Shown here: positions 43,802-54,335 of the stretch, in pieces
How positions within the stretch are numbered: position 1 is the stretch's first letter
Layout: every line of letters begins with the position of its first letter
Assembly: GCA_963832835.1 (NCBI GenBank)
Contig: CAWHVD010000001.1
Location: 1,899,429-1,963,428, forward strand
Length of the DNA stretch: 64,000 nt
Source: an uncultured Chlamydiales bacterium
GTDB taxonomy: Bacteria; Chlamydiota; Chlamydiia; Chlamydiales; JAAKFR01
Reading direction: 5' to 3'
Translations under genes and position numbers: made by a program
Notes under the pieces: model-generated
Told to the model about the DNA's origin: nothing
What the model saw: the letters and a program-made list of their open reading frames with translations, nothing else
The model's database searches: none

Positions 43802-45099
43802 TAGCCCGGCCAATATTTATCAACGATCGACTGTTTCATACCCACTTCATGTCTTTGGAAACATTCCGCAAGCAATTGCCACCCTAAATCAAGTGCCTGC
43901 TCAAGCTGCATATTCACAGAGAGGTTCATCATTTTCTTTTCGAAGAGATCAGAAAAATTAAGCAGTTTTTCATCCCAGCGAGAGAGCTTAAAGCCCATCG
44001 ATTGTCTTTCCTTCGCTTTTTTTGAGTCAGCATAAAGACGGATCAAGCTGTTGGCAATGTCTCCGTGGTCTTCACGGGTCACCTTGCCAATGACCTGCTG
44101 TTTGAGTCTAGAAAGCGAGCCGAAAGGATCGATATAACCACCGTGGAGATAGAACTGTCCTTCGGTGATGTATCCTGTATTATCAGGAACAGGGTGGGTC
44201 ACATCATCGCCTGGCATCGTGGTGACGCTGATGATGGTAATCGAACCACTCCCTTCAATATCGACTGCTTTTTCGTAGCGGGAGGCCAAATCAGAATAGA
44301 GAGAGCCCGGGTAACCTCTATTGGAAGGGATCTGATCCATCGTAATGGAGATCTCTTTGATCGCATCGGCAAAAGCGGTCATATCAGTCAAGAGCACAAG
44401 TACATCTTTGCCCGATATGGCAAATTTCTCTGCACAGGCCAGAGCAAGATCGGGGGCAAGTAAGCACTCGACTGCTGGGTCTGTAGCCCGATGAATGAAC
44501 ATGACAGTTTTCTGGGCCGAGCCTGAGGTTTCCGCGTTGTCGATAAAGGCTTGATAGTCGGCGAAAGTGAGCCCCATACCAGCAATCACAACCACATCCG
44601 CATCGGTCTGATTGGCGATGCGCATCAATACTTGGTTGTAGGGCTCTCCTGCCACAGAAAAAATGGGAATTTTCTGAGATTTCACCAGGCAATTGAATAC
44701 ATCGATCATAGGAATATTGGTGCGTACCATCTCACGAGGGATAATGCGGCATACAGGATTGAATGAGGCTTGACCGATGGGTATTTTCTCGCCCAAAATC
44801 GCAGGACCTCCATCTACAGGAATACCAGTACCACTCAGGCGCCTACCTAAAAGGGCCCCGCCAAATGTAGCTTCGATCTCGTGCTTCAAAAATGTGACTT
44901 TGTCTCCTGTCGATATCCCGCGTGTCCCCCCAAAAACTTGCAAAGTAACTTGGGTATCGTCAAAACGGAGGACCGAAGCATACGTCGGAGAACCATCCTT
45001 TCTATCGATGCGGGCTAACTCACCTAAACTAACACCTTCGGCTGTCACGGTAATCAGGTTACCGCGCATGTCGTTGATTCTATCGTGAACTTTTTTCAT
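43801..45099 (-). CDS. atpB: V-type ATPase subunit B
   Basis: A/V-type B-subunit strings such as [27 protein letters not shown] and [23 protein letters not shown]. The ATG at 45099 overlaps the atpA stop (ATGA), so it is preferred over 45141. Confidence 0.9.
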   Translation of the reverse strand: MKKVHDRINDMRGNLITVTAEGVSLGELARIDRKDGSPTYASVLRFDDTQVTLQVFGGTRGISTGDKVTFLKHEIEATFGGALLGRRLSGTGIPVDGGPAILGEKIPIGQASFNPVCRIIPREMVRTNIPMIDVFNCLVKSQKIPIFSVAGEPYNQVLMRIANQTDADVVVIAGMGLTFADYQAFIDNAETSGSAQKTVMFIHRATDPAVECLLAPDLALACAEKFAISGKDVLVLLTDMTAFADAIKEISITMDQIPSNRGYPGSLYSDLASRYEKAVDIEGSGSITIISVTTMPGDDVTHPVPDNTGYITEGQFYLHGGYIDPFGSLSRLKQQVIGKVTREDHGDIANSLIRLYADSKKAKERQSMGFKLSRWDEKLLNFSDLFEKKMMNLSVNMQLEQALDLGWQLLAECFQRHEVGMKQSIVDKYWPG

Positions 45100-46874
45100 A
45101 ATTTCCGTGCCGTTTCGATCATTTCTTGAATCCCTGCCCATAAATCCTTGTACTCCTGGCTCTCAAACGGCGCAGAATTTAACGTCTTGATCTTCCCCTG
45201 CAAAGTGAGGAAAAACTCACGCGCTTTGTCACGCGTTGAGAAATCAAACTGAGCCTCGAAGATCTGATTGATGAGGCGGAAAAGAGGAATTTGCCTTTCC
45301 AAAGGACAATAAGCATCCACTTTATCGAAAGCGTTTTGCTGCAAATAGCAAAAATCATACGCCTCCGCCTTCAAGTGAATAACCATATCTTCTAATGACG
45401 TGCCCTCTTCGCCCACTACCTCCATTCTCTTGCCAATCACATCTCCTTCGCGCAAATACCAAGCCGCAAGACGGACCATGTCACCCCAGCCCGGAACCGC
45501 ATGCTCTAATTGAAGAGCAACATCATCCACATATTTCGACCATGAGATTAATTGGTCAATCGCTGGAAAACGTCGGGCATCGGAGCGAGCACGAGATAGG
45601 GCACAAAAGGCGCCGACTACCGCGAGCGTTGACTGTGTTACAGGTTCTTCAAAGCTTCCTCCTGCTGGTGAAACGGCTCCGCAGATGGTCATGGACCCCT
45701 GTCTTCCATCTTTCAAGCTCACACAACCTCCTCGCTCATAAAATGCAGCAATTCGGGATGCGAGATAGGCCGGAAATGCCTCTTCCCCGGGGATCTCTTC
45801 CAAGCGACCAGACATTTCGCGTAGAGCCTGCGCCCAACGGGAAGTAGAGTCGGCGAGCAGTAGCACATCAAGGCCCATCTGACGATAATATTCTGCAATC
45901 GTGGCTCCCATATAAATAGAAGATTCGCGCGCCGCTACCGGCATTGAGGAGGTGTTGCAAATAATACAAGTACGGTTAATGAGGGGCTTATCAGTATGAG
46001 GATCGATTAAAATTGGAAATTCACGTAGAACTTCTACAACCTCCCCCGCCCGTTCACCACAAGCACAAACAATCACGATATCGATTGCAGCGTACTTAGA
46101 GAGGTGGTGCTGGATGACTGTTTTACCAGCTCCGAATGGCCCGGGGGTACAAAATGTCCCCCCTTTCATGATGGGATTCTGAGTATCCAAAGTTCTCAAA
46201 CCCGTATCCATCATCTGGGAAGGCTTAACTTTGGTACCCTGGAAAAGCCCCATTTTGATGGGCCATTTTTGGACCATCGTAAATTCTATATCTTGGCCAC
46301 GCTCTGTTTTCCCACGAGCCACAACTGTATCGACAGTATACTTTCCAGGAGATATGGTCCATGTCAGCGTCACTTTGCCATAAAATGAGAAGGGGACCAT
46401 AATATGGTGCTCAAAACGGCCCTCTATCGTCGTCCCTAAGGTATCTCCACGCTCTAATTGATCGCCCACATGAGCACGAGGCAGATAATCCCACTCGGTT
46501 TCTCTATCAAGAGAGGGCACATAGATGCCTCTTGGTAGAAAATAACCTGTTTGTTTTGCAATCACTTCCAGACGGTTTTGCAAACCATCGAAGACCGATT
46601 TTAGCAAGCCAGGTCCCAGCTCTGCTTCAAGTAAATCCCCTGTAAAAGAGACCGGTGTATTGAGTTTAACCCCACGCGTATCTTCATAGACCTGAAGCTT
46701 GACCTCGTCACCCACAACTTCGATGACTTCAGCTTTGAGATGATTGCCGTCTACTTCGACAAAGGCGACCTCTCCTTGGCGCAAATGCCCATCAAATTTC
46801 ACTTGGAGGAGGTTTCCGAATGCTTTTACAACACGACCAGTTGCTCGTGGAGCGTTCTCTATTTCAATGCTCAT
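45096..46874 (-). CDS. atpA: V-type ATPase catalytic subunit A
   Basis: 592 aa. Walker [10 protein letters not shown]. Also CGERAGEV and [20 protein letters not shown] strings. Confidence 0.93.
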   Translation of the reverse strand: MSIEIENAPRATGRVVKAFGNLLQVKFDGHLRQGEVAFVEVDGNHLKAEVIEVVGDEVKLQVYEDTRGVKLNTPVSFTGDLLEAELGPGLLKSVFDGLQNRLEVIAKQTGYFLPRGIYVPSLDRETEWDYLPRAHVGDQLERGDTLGTTIEGRFEHHIMVPFSFYGKVTLTWTISPGKYTVDTVVARGKTERGQDIEFTMVQKWPIKMGLFQGTKVKPSQMMDTGLRTLDTQNPIMKGGTFCTPGPFGAGKTVIQHHLSKYAAIDIVIVCACGERAGEVVEVLREFPILIDPHTDKPLINRTCIICNTSSMPVAARESSIYMGATIAEYYRQMGLDVLLLADSTSRWAQALREMSGRLEEIPGEEAFPAYLASRIAAFYERGGCVSLKDGRQGSMTICGAVSPAGGSFEEPVTQSTLAVVGAFCALSRARSDARRFPAIDQLISWSKYVDDVALQLEHAVPGWGDMVRLAAWYLREGDVIGKRMEVVGEEGTSLEDMVIHLKAEAYDFCYLQQNAFDKVDAYCPLERQIPLFRLINQIFEAQFDFSTRDKAREFFLTLQGKIKTLNSAPFESQEYKDLWAGIQEMIETARKL

Positions 46875-47665
46875 GCTATTTCCTTTTCAATCCTGTCTAC
46901 TATTTGAATGCCCTTTTGGACATTGAGCTCAAGCCAACGCTCCACAAGGATCAACCGGGCCAGATAATTCAGGATCCGGTCTATCGTAAATGGCTCTGTC
47001 CCCCACAATTCAATGATATAGTTGAATTGATATTCATAAAGCGCTTTGTGCATTTCCAAAGGAGAATTTGAATAGGCCTCGAAAATTGGTTTAAGCTCTT
47101 TATATTCAAAAGGTGGTTCGTAATTTTTGCCATCTCCTTGCGCCAAAATTTGGGCAACAATGGGATCTGACCCATCTTCATATTGGAGCTCTTCGGCTAC
47201 ATTTTTACCCAATTTTTGTGCACGAAATCCCAACATCACTAAGCGAAATTCCCGCTGAAAAGCAAAGTACTTATTCACAAAGCCACTCGTGTGCTCGATC
47301 TCATACGCAAAAAACTGAGTCATCAAAAGAGAAAAATGCCCAAGGCGCTCCTCTGTCCCACGGTATTTTTCTAAAAAATCGGTCAAATAAGGAGGAAAAG
47401 GCTCTCCGTCTTCCCAAGCATAATCTATAAGAGCTTGGCTCATCTGATCGCGCGTATAATTTCCCCGAAAATCGAAAGCTTCATCTGCCCATAGAGCGCG
47501 CAGATTTTCGAGATCGATCAGATGTAAAAAATCGCGAACATTGTGCAGATCTTTACGGCTAAGATTCTCATTCATCAAGGTTTTGAACTCTGCAAACCCA
47601 AGAGTAGGGACGTGCCCGATCTCTAATGGAGGAAGGAGGCTTGCGAGAAAAAAATACTCATTCAT
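46871..47665 (-). CDS. Conserved V-ATPase-operon protein (264 aa) at the position of the chlamydial hypothetical gene between atpE and atpA; possible subunit C analogue
   Basis: 4-nt ATGA overlaps with both neighbours. The assignment rests on position in the chlamydial operon order E-x-A-B-D-I-K. Confidence 0.6.
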   Translation of the reverse strand: MNEYFFLASLLPPLEIGHVPTLGFAEFKTLMNENLSRKDLHNVRDFLHLIDLENLRALWADEAFDFRGNYTRDQMSQALIDYAWEDGEPFPPYLTDFLEKYRGTEERLGHFSLLMTQFFAYEIEHTSGFVNKYFAFQREFRLVMLGFRAQKLGKNVAEELQYEDGSDPIVAQILAQGDGKNYEPPFEYKELKPIFEAYSNSPLEMHKALYEYQFNYIIELWGTEPFTIDRILNYLARLILVERWLELNVQKGIQIVDRIEKEIA

Positions 47666-48300
47666 CCTGTTTCCTGCGCTTGGAAAAGAAGATCACGAAA
47701 ATCTTTCCGGATGTATCTACCGAGCAATTCCTTTAATGCTTCATCACTGAGGTCGAGTGTCAGCTGCCGGTCGTGCAATTTGAGCTGAACCCCGCCGGAA
47801 ATTCCACCCAAAACCACTGATTTTTCTTGGAGCTTGCCAAGCACCTCTTTCAATAAGAGGGCGTTGACTTTTTCAGCAGGAATCTGAGAGGGAATAATGG
47901 CTGACAGTTGGGCGCTTGTCCCCTCTTTCTCCACAGCTTTCACAATCGCATTGATAAGCTTTGCAGCAAGATCTGGATCTGCAGCCTGCTTACTTAGCCA
48001 CTCGGATAAACTTGCATTAAATAAATTATTTTCGATCTCTTGCCTAAGAGATTCCATAACCTGTGCGCAGGCTAGGCGGATCGAATGATCAAAAAGCTCT
48101 TTCTGCTTCGCCATTTTGACCTTCGCTGCAGAAATGATCTCTTCAGCTTGAGCCTCAGCTACGCGCTGGATGTTACGCGCCTCTTGCTCTGCGACTTCTA
48201 CTATCTTTTGCGCCTCTGCTTGAGCGGGTTGCAAAGTTTCATTTTTTAGAATTTCGCAAATCTTCTTGATTTTGTCTTTGCCAGTATCTAAATTCTCCAT
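47662..48300 (-). CDS. atpE: V-type ATPase subunit E
   Basis: 212 aa. Charged coiled-coil N-terminus (AQAEAQKIVEVAEQEARNIQRVAEAQAEEIISAAKVK). First gene of the operon. Confidence 0.8.
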   Translation of the reverse strand: MENLDTGKDKIKKICEILKNETLQPAQAEAQKIVEVAEQEARNIQRVAEAQAEEIISAAKVKMAKQKELFDHSIRLACAQVMESLRQEIENNLFNASLSEWLSKQAADPDLAAKLINAIVKAVEKEGTSAQLSAIIPSQIPAEKVNALLLKEVLGKLQEKSVVLGGISGGVQLKLHDRQLTLDLSDEALKELLGRYIRKDFRDLLFQAQETG

Positions 48301-48427
48301 TATTCTGGACCCCTAGAGAGTTTTGTATGGTTGTCGCCCTATCTCAAATTACCTTCTCAAATTACAGATTAGATTTAAACTGGACTTATCATAGCTAGCA
48401 TAAATCTAACTCGAGAAGTGCGATAGG

Positions 48428-49138
48428 TTGTCAAAGGAACGTTTAAAAATCAAGAGGTTTCGAGTGTTTTTGAAATCTATTTTCCTGTTACTTTTGATCA
48501 GTAACTGCGCCTTTGCTCAAAACCTGAGCTTTGGATTGTCCTCGTCGAATGTAAAGAAAATAACGCAGCACAATTTGGGATTTTCCGCCGATGTAAAAGG
48601 CCAAAGACCCCTTGCAACACCAAAACGCAAAAAAGATACAAGTAAAGTCCCTGAATTTAAGATAGAAAAATCTAAAACTCAGACTAGGGGGAATGATAGC
48701 ATTTATATTACCCATCCACCTAAGGGTTGGGAATGCATTAACGACCCTCAACAGTTACCTCAAAAAGTGAAGATCATCTTCGTGGGTTCCGGACAAGGAA
48801 ATAATCCGTTCACACCCTCTATCAATCTAGCCACCGAAGCCACCACGCTTTCCCTGAATGAATATATCGCCCAAGCAAAAGCGTATCATGAAGGACGTGC
48901 AGGTACGCGCTGCAATTTGATAGGTCCTATTCAGACAAATGTGGGTCCCGCTCAACTGTTGCAAATCGAGCGAGCCTCACAATGGGGCGATATTCGGTTT
49001 TTACAAGCAGTATATATACAAGACTCAGAGGCCTACGTAATCACAGCAACGTGTCTCAAAAGTGATTTCCCCACCCTCTCATCACAGATTTTTAAGGCCA
49101 TCCAATCCTTCTCTCTTCCTATTTGCCAGAATGATTAG
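48428..49138 (+). CDS. Hypothetical secreted protein (236 aa)
   Basis: N-terminal signal peptide (IFLLLLISNCAFA/Q). TTG start as given by the ORF track. Confidence 0.5.
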   Translation: MSKERLKIKRFRVFLKSIFLLLLISNCAFAQNLSFGLSSSNVKKITQHNLGFSADVKGQRPLATPKRKKDTSKVPEFKIEKSKTQTRGNDSIYITHPPKGWECINDPQQLPQKVKIIFVGSGQGNNPFTPSINLATEATTLSLNEYIAQAKAYHEGRAGTRCNLIGPIQTNVGPAQLLQIERASQWGDIRFLQAVYIQDSEAYVITATCLKSDFPTLSSQIFKAIQSFSLPICQND

Positions 49139-49242
49139 AGGAACTAGTGATTCTAAATCAAAATTTTGCATCACTTTACCATCTCGAACTGCCGTTTTTA
49201 GGATAATCACAAAACCATTGCCAACAAATTGATTTTTTTGCT

Positions 49243-49680
49243 ATGCCTAATCTTTTAACGGAGAGATGGTCTGTGAAAAAATGCATTTCGATTTTGACAA
49301 TTTTTTGTTTCTCTTTAGTGACACCCCTGTCGGCTGATACAAGTAGCACTTATATCGACTACCAAAACTTCAATCATGGATATTGCCCTACTTGCAATTG
49401 TTATCCTTGCGCCTGTGCCCCTCAAGCATACCCACCTCCTGGTCCTCCACCTATACCCCCCATGCCACAGCCAACTGGGCCTATACCTTGTGGTACACCT
49501 GGCCGAGGCCCTGGACCATGCCCCTCTTGCAACCCATGTGGTCCATGCGATCCTTGTGCGCCTGTTTGTGGAACAGATTGTGGGGTTTCAATCTGCGCAA
49601 TTGCAGTGGCTGTAGTTGCTGTTGCTGCAGCAGCAGCAATTATTGTAGCTTCAGGAAACGGGACTAGTACAACTCATTAA
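49243..49680 (+). CDS. Cys/Pro-rich, C-terminally membrane-anchored small protein (145 aa)
   Basis: Signal peptide. Conserved box YIDYQNFNHGYCPTCNCYPCACA. Pro-rich linker. CxxC-rich segment. C-terminal TM segment (ICAIAVAVVAVAAAAAIIVA). Confidence 0.6.
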   Translation: MPNLLTERWSVKKCISILTIFCFSLVTPLSADTSSTYIDYQNFNHGYCPTCNCYPCACAPQAYPPPGPPPIPPMPQPTGPIPCGTPGRGPGPCPSCNPCGPCDPCAPVCGTDCGVSICAIAVAVVAVAAAAAIIVASGNGTSTTH

Positions 49681-49684
49681 GGAT

Positions 49685-50068
49685 ATGTCTAATATGAAAG
49701 GGCTGATCTCTCTTATCTGTATCTTTCTAGCAGCAGCGGCTCCCTTAAAAGCTGCCAGCGATACTTTTATCGATTATCAAAATTACAATCATGGCTACTG
49801 CCCAGATTGCAATTGCTATCCTTGTCGCTGCGCTGAAAACGTTGATGCGCCCGTCCCACCACCGCCACCTCCACCTCCTCCTGGAGCAGCAGCAGCGGTA
49901 CCTCCTCCACCTGCATCTCCATGTGGTCCTAAACCCGATGCCTGCACCCCCGCCACTATTTGTGCAACAAATTGTGGGATTAGCTTATGGATAGTTGGAT
50001 TAGTGATTGCAGGTGTCGCAACAGCGGGCGCTTTGATTGTGAGCTCAAACAATGGTGCGCATCCTTAA
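49685..50068 (+). CDS. Cys/Pro-rich, C-terminally membrane-anchored small protein (127 aa), tandem paralogue of 49243..49680
   Basis: Signal peptide. Box FIDYQNYNHGYCPDCNCYPCRCA. Poly-Pro run (PPPPPPPPP). C-terminal TM segment (LWIVGLVIAGVATAGALIV). Confidence 0.6.
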   Translation: MSNMKGLISLICIFLAAAAPLKAASDTFIDYQNYNHGYCPDCNCYPCRCAENVDAPVPPPPPPPPPGAAAAVPPPPASPCGPKPDACTPATICATNCGISLWIVGLVIAGVATAGALIVSSNNGAHP

Positions 50069-50507
50069 GTTTTTGGCCAGCTTAACTTTTTTTGCCTTAG
50101 CGGGATGTATCCAAAATTCCCCTTGGCAATATCAAGAAATGGCTTCCTGCTCTCCTGAGTATAAATCCACAAAGCTCACTCTGCCCCCTCCTAACCCTTT
50201 CAACGGCATCGGAATTGAACTGATCAAGACAGAAGGTGTCATGCGTGGTTTTTTCAATGTACACGCGGGACAAATGGCCTCAGATGAGGGTGTTATTTGG
50301 ATCAACAATCAACCCATTTGTTTTAAGGGAATTTTAATGGAAGGGAAGCAACGTTTATTGCTACCCCATGCGATCACGCGTGATATCATCCAGGCCCTAG
50401 CTGAAGGGCAATCAGTCACTGCCTCTATCCAAGGTTATGCCACAGCACTGAGCACGGATACTGCTCAAATAACTCTGAAATTCAAAGAATTAAACACGCT
50501 CCTCTAA
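50052..50507 (+). CDS. Hypothetical lipoprotein (151 aa)
   Basis: Signal peptide with lipobox ALAG/C. Its start overlaps the end of the preceding gene by 17 nt. Confidence 0.5.
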   Translation: MVRILKFLASLTFFALAGCIQNSPWQYQEMASCSPEYKSTKLTLPPPNPFNGIGIELIKTEGVMRGFFNVHAGQMASDEGVIWINNQPICFKGILMEGKQRLLLPHAITRDIIQALAEGQSVTASIQGYATALSTDTAQITLKFKELNTLL

Positions 50508-50559
50508 ATTGCAGGTTTTTTTGATAAAAAGATTTGACAGTCATTACATCCTTTATATT

Positions 50560-50634
50560 AGGCTTCGAAACGATCATCCAAATCTATCATGTTACCCAGT
50601 GCCACTCATGGCTTTATTTTCTGGAAATGGTATA
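50560..50634. mobile_element. MITE copy 4, half element (~75 bp; right arm only)
   Basis: taggcttcgaaacgatcatccaaatctatcatgttacccagtgccactcatggctttattttctggaaatggtata. It ends 1-2 nt from the stop of the convergent 127-aa gene. Confidence 0.8.
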
Positions 50635-50635
50635 A

Positions 50636-51019
50636 CTACTGAGCTTGGGTGCGGATAGCGGGAATGTCTTTCAGAGGTTCGACTCTAAAATAAATCACCG
50701 ATTTTTTCCCGTTGATGTTCAATTCAATTACAGAACTCAGCCGAGTGAGCAAAATGTTGAATGGAACTTGGACATGGTGAGTCCCCACATCAATTGCAAT
50801 AGCGGTACTCCCCAGAATCTCTTCGGAAGCATAAATTTGTTGGCATAAAGCCTCGAATTGCGTCAAATGCCTCAATAAAGTCTCATCCTGGAAGGCATGT
50901 TTACGGCCGCAAGCTTCGCATGCGACAATCTTATTGAAATGCTCACGATCCAGGACGGAAAATAGGATCGGGGCTTCACATTCCTGACAATGAAACTGTA
51001 GCTTGTGACCATCTTGCAT
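50636..51019 (-). CDS. Hypothetical zinc-ribbon protein (127 aa)
   Basis: The pairs CQECEAP...CEACGRKH form a CxxC...CxxC motif at the N-terminus. Confidence 0.5.
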   Translation of the reverse strand: MQDGHKLQFHCQECEAPILFSVLDREHFNKIVACEACGRKHAFQDETLLRHLTQFEALCQQIYASEEILGSTAIAIDVGTHHVQVPFNILLTRLSSVIELNINGKKSVIYFRVEPLKDIPAIRTQAQ

Positions 51020-51150
51020 TTTCAGTCCTTAATTAGAAACTTTCGACAGCTTACCAAATACATCTACAAAAATCTAGGGTTTAGAAATATTCTAAAAATG
51101 TTTTTAATTTCCTTAAATTTTTCAATTGATTATAATTTTACTTCACTTAG

Positions 51151-51735
51151 ATGGAGTTATCTATGAAAAAATGGTTCTCTTTTCTTATATGTGGTTTGTT
51201 GCTTACCCCTCTTGGGATGCAGGCAGCCGTTGCTAAGCCTCCTCCGGTAAAGGATGCTAAAAAGACCCAACAGATCAAAGAAGCTAAATACATCTTTGAA
51301 GAAACCGTGTATGTCCCTCTTCCACAAAATGCTCTGAATAAATGGAAGTTAGGCCTTCAAAAAGCAGATGAAAAAAAAGGTTCCACAGTAACCCGATATT
51401 TCTTGGAATCGGAAACTGAGAACAACTGGACACAATTGATCAACATCCAGTTCAAAGATACGAAACTGGTGAAACTTGACAGTGCCGAATCCGCAATGCA
51501 AGAAGAATCAGCCAAAAGCCAAGTGGTGAATCAAAAGGTGCATTTTCAAAATCCTCATGACGTTCTCTATGAAAGAGAATTTCCTACAGGTGAACACGAA
51601 ATCGTTCGGTTGATCATGACAAAAAAGGGACTTCACCGGGTGGCTTATGTGAAAAAGGGACCCATGACAAAGGAAGAGCGGATTGCCTGGGTTCAAATCC
51701 TATCTAAAGGAATGATCGGCGGAAAGGAACGCTAA
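51151..51735 (+). CDS. Hypothetical secreted protein (194 aa)
   Basis: Signal peptide (FLICGLLLTPLGMQAAVA). AT-rich upstream region. Confidence 0.5.
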   Translation: MELSMKKWFSFLICGLLLTPLGMQAAVAKPPPVKDAKKTQQIKEAKYIFEETVYVPLPQNALNKWKLGLQKADEKKGSTVTRYFLESETENNWTQLINIQFKDTKLVKLDSAESAMQEESAKSQVVNQKVHFQNPHDVLYEREFPTGEHEIVRLIMTKKGLHRVAYVKKGPMTKEERIAWVQILSKGMIGGKER

Positions 51736-51759
51736 GCTCAGCGTTCCTCTCCTGTGTGG

Positions 51760-52212
51760 TTACTCTTTTACTTTGATCTTTTTTGACTCGATCTGTTTTT
51801 CTTTTGTCTTTGAAAAGATTACTTTCATCACTCCATCTTTACACACCGCTTCGGGTTCCTTCGATGAATCGATCTCTTCCCAAAGAGGGACACAGTAAGA
51901 GAAGCTAAGCTGAGATTGCTTATAATATTTTTTCTGTTTATCCTTCTCTTCAGCCCTTTTCTCACCTTTGATCCATAAGCAGTTATTCGCGTCGATGGAA
52001 ACATCTACATCTTTAGCAGTCAAACCAGGCACATGTGCTTCGACGTAAATGGATTTATCGTCACTTGAGATACTCAATCCGGATTGGGCAGGTGCTATTG
52101 CTTCTAATTCCTTCTCAAGGTTATCAAATAAATGACCTAGATTGAAGAGCTCACTTGCACGTCTTCCACCAAATTTGGGAAATTTGTTTTGCCATTGAGG
52201 TATAAGGCTCAT
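51760..52212 (-). CDS. Small heat-shock protein, Hsp20/alpha-crystallin family
   Basis: 150 aa. Alpha-crystallin-type pattern IYVEAHVPGLTAKDVDVSID...LWIKGEK...FSYCVPLWEEID...EAVCKDGVMKVIFSK. Confidence 0.8.
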   Translation of the reverse strand: MSLIPQWQNKFPKFGGRRASELFNLGHLFDNLEKELEAIAPAQSGLSISSDDKSIYVEAHVPGLTAKDVDVSIDANNCLWIKGEKRAEEKDKQKKYYKQSQLSFSYCVPLWEEIDSSKEPEAVCKDGVMKVIFSKTKEKQIESKKIKVKE

Positions 52213-52351
52213 ATCTTCCTCCTAAATTTTAGTTTAATAAACTCTATAAACATAAGTATATTATTTAATAGATATATACGAAACTAATAAATAAATATTT
52301 ACTATCTATTTAAATAAGTAAATTAAAACTCATGATCTGAATAAAATATTC

Positions 52352-52545
52352 GTGACTATTCACGAGCCAGCAGAATCCTTAGGGCAGCCCCAGTTTGTCA
52401 AGGTGGGAGTGGATAGTCACCACAGAGAGGCTTTTAACCAAAAAGATGGATTACCTGAATAGTTACAAATATTCGTGATTATTCATGAGCCGCTAGAGTG
52501 CACTAGGGAAGATGCACGTCATCAAGACGGGAGTGGATAGTCGCG
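52352..52545 (+). repeat. Family-B repeat: one good copy (52352-52466) followed by a degenerate copy (52475-~52545)
   Basis: gtgactattcacgagccagcagaatccttagggcagccccagtttgtcaaggtgggagtggatagtcaccacagagaggcttttaaccaaaaagatggattacctgaatagttac, followed by gtgattattcatgagccgctagag...gggagtggatagtcgcg. Each copy is preceded by aaatattc. Confidence 0.8.
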
Positions 52546-52645
52546 AAAAGTGAAACAAAAAGTAGAAACTAATTGCCTAATTAGTAATTCTATGATAAAA
52601 ATTATAGAAAGAGCGTATATTTATTTTTTTGAAATAGAGGGATCG

Positions 52646-53626
52646 ATGAGCAAATTAGACCGACTTAAGCAAATGACTACAGTTGTGTGTGATACGGGGG
52701 ACATCAATAGTATCAAAAAATACGAGCCCACCGATGCGACCACCAATCCCTCTTTGATTTTTCAAGCGGCTCAAGAAGAGCAATATCAATATTTAATTGA
52801 TGATGCCATCCGCTGGGGCACCCATAAGACCTCAAATGAGCCACAAATGCTCCACCATATCATGGATAAGTTATTTGTCAATTTCGGGATAGAGATCTTA
52901 AAGATAGTTCCAGGACGCGTTTCGACCGAAGTGGATGCCCGCCTCTCTTACGACATAGCGGGAAGCGTGCATAAGGCAACATCGCTTATCGGGTTATACG
53001 AGTCTGCCGGGATTGACAGAAGTCGCATCTTAATCAAACTCGCCTCAACCTGGGAAGGAGTACAGGCAGCCCAGCTGCTCGAAAAGGAGGGCATCCACTG
53101 CAACATGACACTACTCTTTAGTCTGGTTCAAGCAGTCGCGTGCGCACATGCAAAAGCAACTTTAATTTCTCCATTTGTGGGTCGCATTTTGGATTGGTAT
53201 CTAATACATGATAAAGTCGATTCTTACCCACCCGAAAAAGATCCAGGCGTGACTTCGGTTACCCAGATTTATAATTACTACAAAAAGTTTGGCTTTAAAA
53301 CGCAGATCATGGGAGCTTCTTTCCGCAATGTAGACGAGATCCTACAATTAGCTGGCTGCGACCTTCTGACAATTGCTCCCAAATTCTTAGAAGATCTTTC
53401 CAACGCACAAGATGAGGTATCTCGCAAATTGAATCCAGAGGCTGCAAAATCCATGGATATCGAAGAGCTAGAAATCGATGAGAAATCTTTCCGATACCTG
53501 CTAGGAGATAACGCAATGGCAATTGAAAAGCTCTCCGAGGGTATCCGCAAGTTCGCAGCCGACACGATTAAGCTGGAAAAGCTTATCCTCGAGCGAGCCA
53601 AAACTAACAACTTGACCCAGAAGTAG
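52646..53626 (+). CDS. tal: Transaldolase
   Basis: [39 protein letters not shown] compares with E. coli TalB [21 protein letters not shown]...[10 protein letters not shown]. The ATG at 52646, preceded by agaggga, is preferred over 52550, which lies in a repeat. Confidence 0.92.
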   Translation: MSKLDRLKQMTTVVCDTGDINSIKKYEPTDATTNPSLIFQAAQEEQYQYLIDDAIRWGTHKTSNEPQMLHHIMDKLFVNFGIEILKIVPGRVSTEVDARLSYDIAGSVHKATSLIGLYESAGIDRSRILIKLASTWEGVQAAQLLEKEGIHCNMTLLFSLVQAVACAHAKATLISPFVGRILDWYLIHDKVDSYPPEKDPGVTSVTQIYNYYKKFGFKTQIMGASFRNVDEILQLAGCDLLTIAPKFLEDLSNAQDEVSRKLNPEAAKSMDIEELEIDEKSFRYLLGDNAMAIEKLSEGIRKFAADTIKLEKLILERAKTNNLTQK

Positions 53627-53690
53627 TAATAGGAACATATATTTCCATAAGCTCTTTTTTTAGAGCTGCTTGCAAAACAATGCTCGGATT

Positions 53691-53855
53691 TATACCATTT
53701 CCAGAAAATAAAGCCATGAAGTGGCACTGGGTAACATGACAGATTTGGATGATCGTTTCGAAGCCTATGTTTTTGCACCTAAGCGAGAAAGGATCGTTCA
53801 AAAATGGTGTGTTATACAGTGCCAATTTGTGACTTTATTTTCCGGAGATGGTATT
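53691..53855. mobile_element. MITE copy 5 (165 bp), inverted relative to copy 3
   Basis: tataccatttccagaaaataaagccatgaagtggcactgggtaacatgacagatttggatgatcgtttcgaagcc...gccaatttgtgactttattttccggagatggtat. Its right end supplies or overlaps the stop codon of the 146-aa gene. Confidence 0.88.
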
Positions 53856-54294
53856 ACACCTTAAGAGTTAAATAGTCGCTCTTGACACTGACCCCATTCC
53901 CGTAGGCTGTTATTTCAACAAGCTCCTGGTTGGCATACTTTGCAAGAGTTTCGACCGCATTCATTCGCCGGCCATTGTCATCTTCTAGGTGCATCTTAGC
54001 TAGATTCCATTGGTCTCCACCCGACCTGGAAAAAACCTCTTTCCAGGCACCGATCGTCCGTGTTTCCATGGGTTCCAATTTGACAGAACCTAGATTGCAT
54101 GCAAATTTTTGAGGACTCTGGGTTTGATTTTCCGAAATAGTACAAATAATCTGAGCCTGGATTTGCCAAGCATCGCCTGCTTTATTTATCGAACACACTA
54201 GTTCCATTTGTTTTTTTGGCGCAATGGCAAGCAGGAGATTTAGTGTTGAGTTGTCTTCAATAAAAACTGAATCTGAAATTGGTTTGAATGACAT
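53854..54294 (-). CDS. Hypothetical protein (146 aa), downstream partner of the PRTase-motif gene
   Basis: 41-nt gap from the upstream 460-aa gene on the same strand. No motif recognised. Confidence 0.45.
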   Translation of the reverse strand: MSFKPISDSVFIEDNSTLNLLLAIAPKKQMELVCSINKAGDAWQIQAQIICTISENQTQSPQKFACNLGSVKLEPMETRTIGAWKEVFSRSGGDQWNLAKMHLEDDNGRRMNAVETLAKYANQELVEITAYGNGVSVKSDYLTLKV

Positions 54295-54335
54295 AAAATC
54301 CTAATAAATATTAAAATATTAACATGAAATCTATT

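Noticed and set aside
49141-49165. A ~23-nt match (aactagtgattctaaatcaaa) to the subterminal region of the IS630-family element (aactagggattctaaatcaaa at ~62413-62433).
   Set aside because: It is too short, and the adjacent terminal inverted repeat is absent. It may be an eroded IS end, but that cannot be supported from this window alone.
49376-50052. Overlapping ORFs in the Cys/Pro-rich genes (79 aa, 94 aa, 67 aa, and a minus-strand 78 aa containing poly-Gly).
   Set aside because: These are alternative frames or the antisense of GC-rich poly-Pro coding DNA. Only the annotated frames have a signal peptide, the conserved Cys box and a TM anchor, and only those frames are shared by both paralogues.
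51726-51752. Hairpin aggaacgct-aagctc-agcgttcct between the convergent 194-aa and hsp20 genes, as a possible bidirectional terminator.
   Set aside because: The 9-bp stem is real, but no U-run follows on either strand. It is not called as an intrinsic terminator.
53278-53778. 166-aa ORF antisense to the transaldolase 3' end, running into MITE copy 5.
   Set aside because: The opposite strand encodes an unmistakable transaldolase. The N-terminus of this ORF is MITE-derived.
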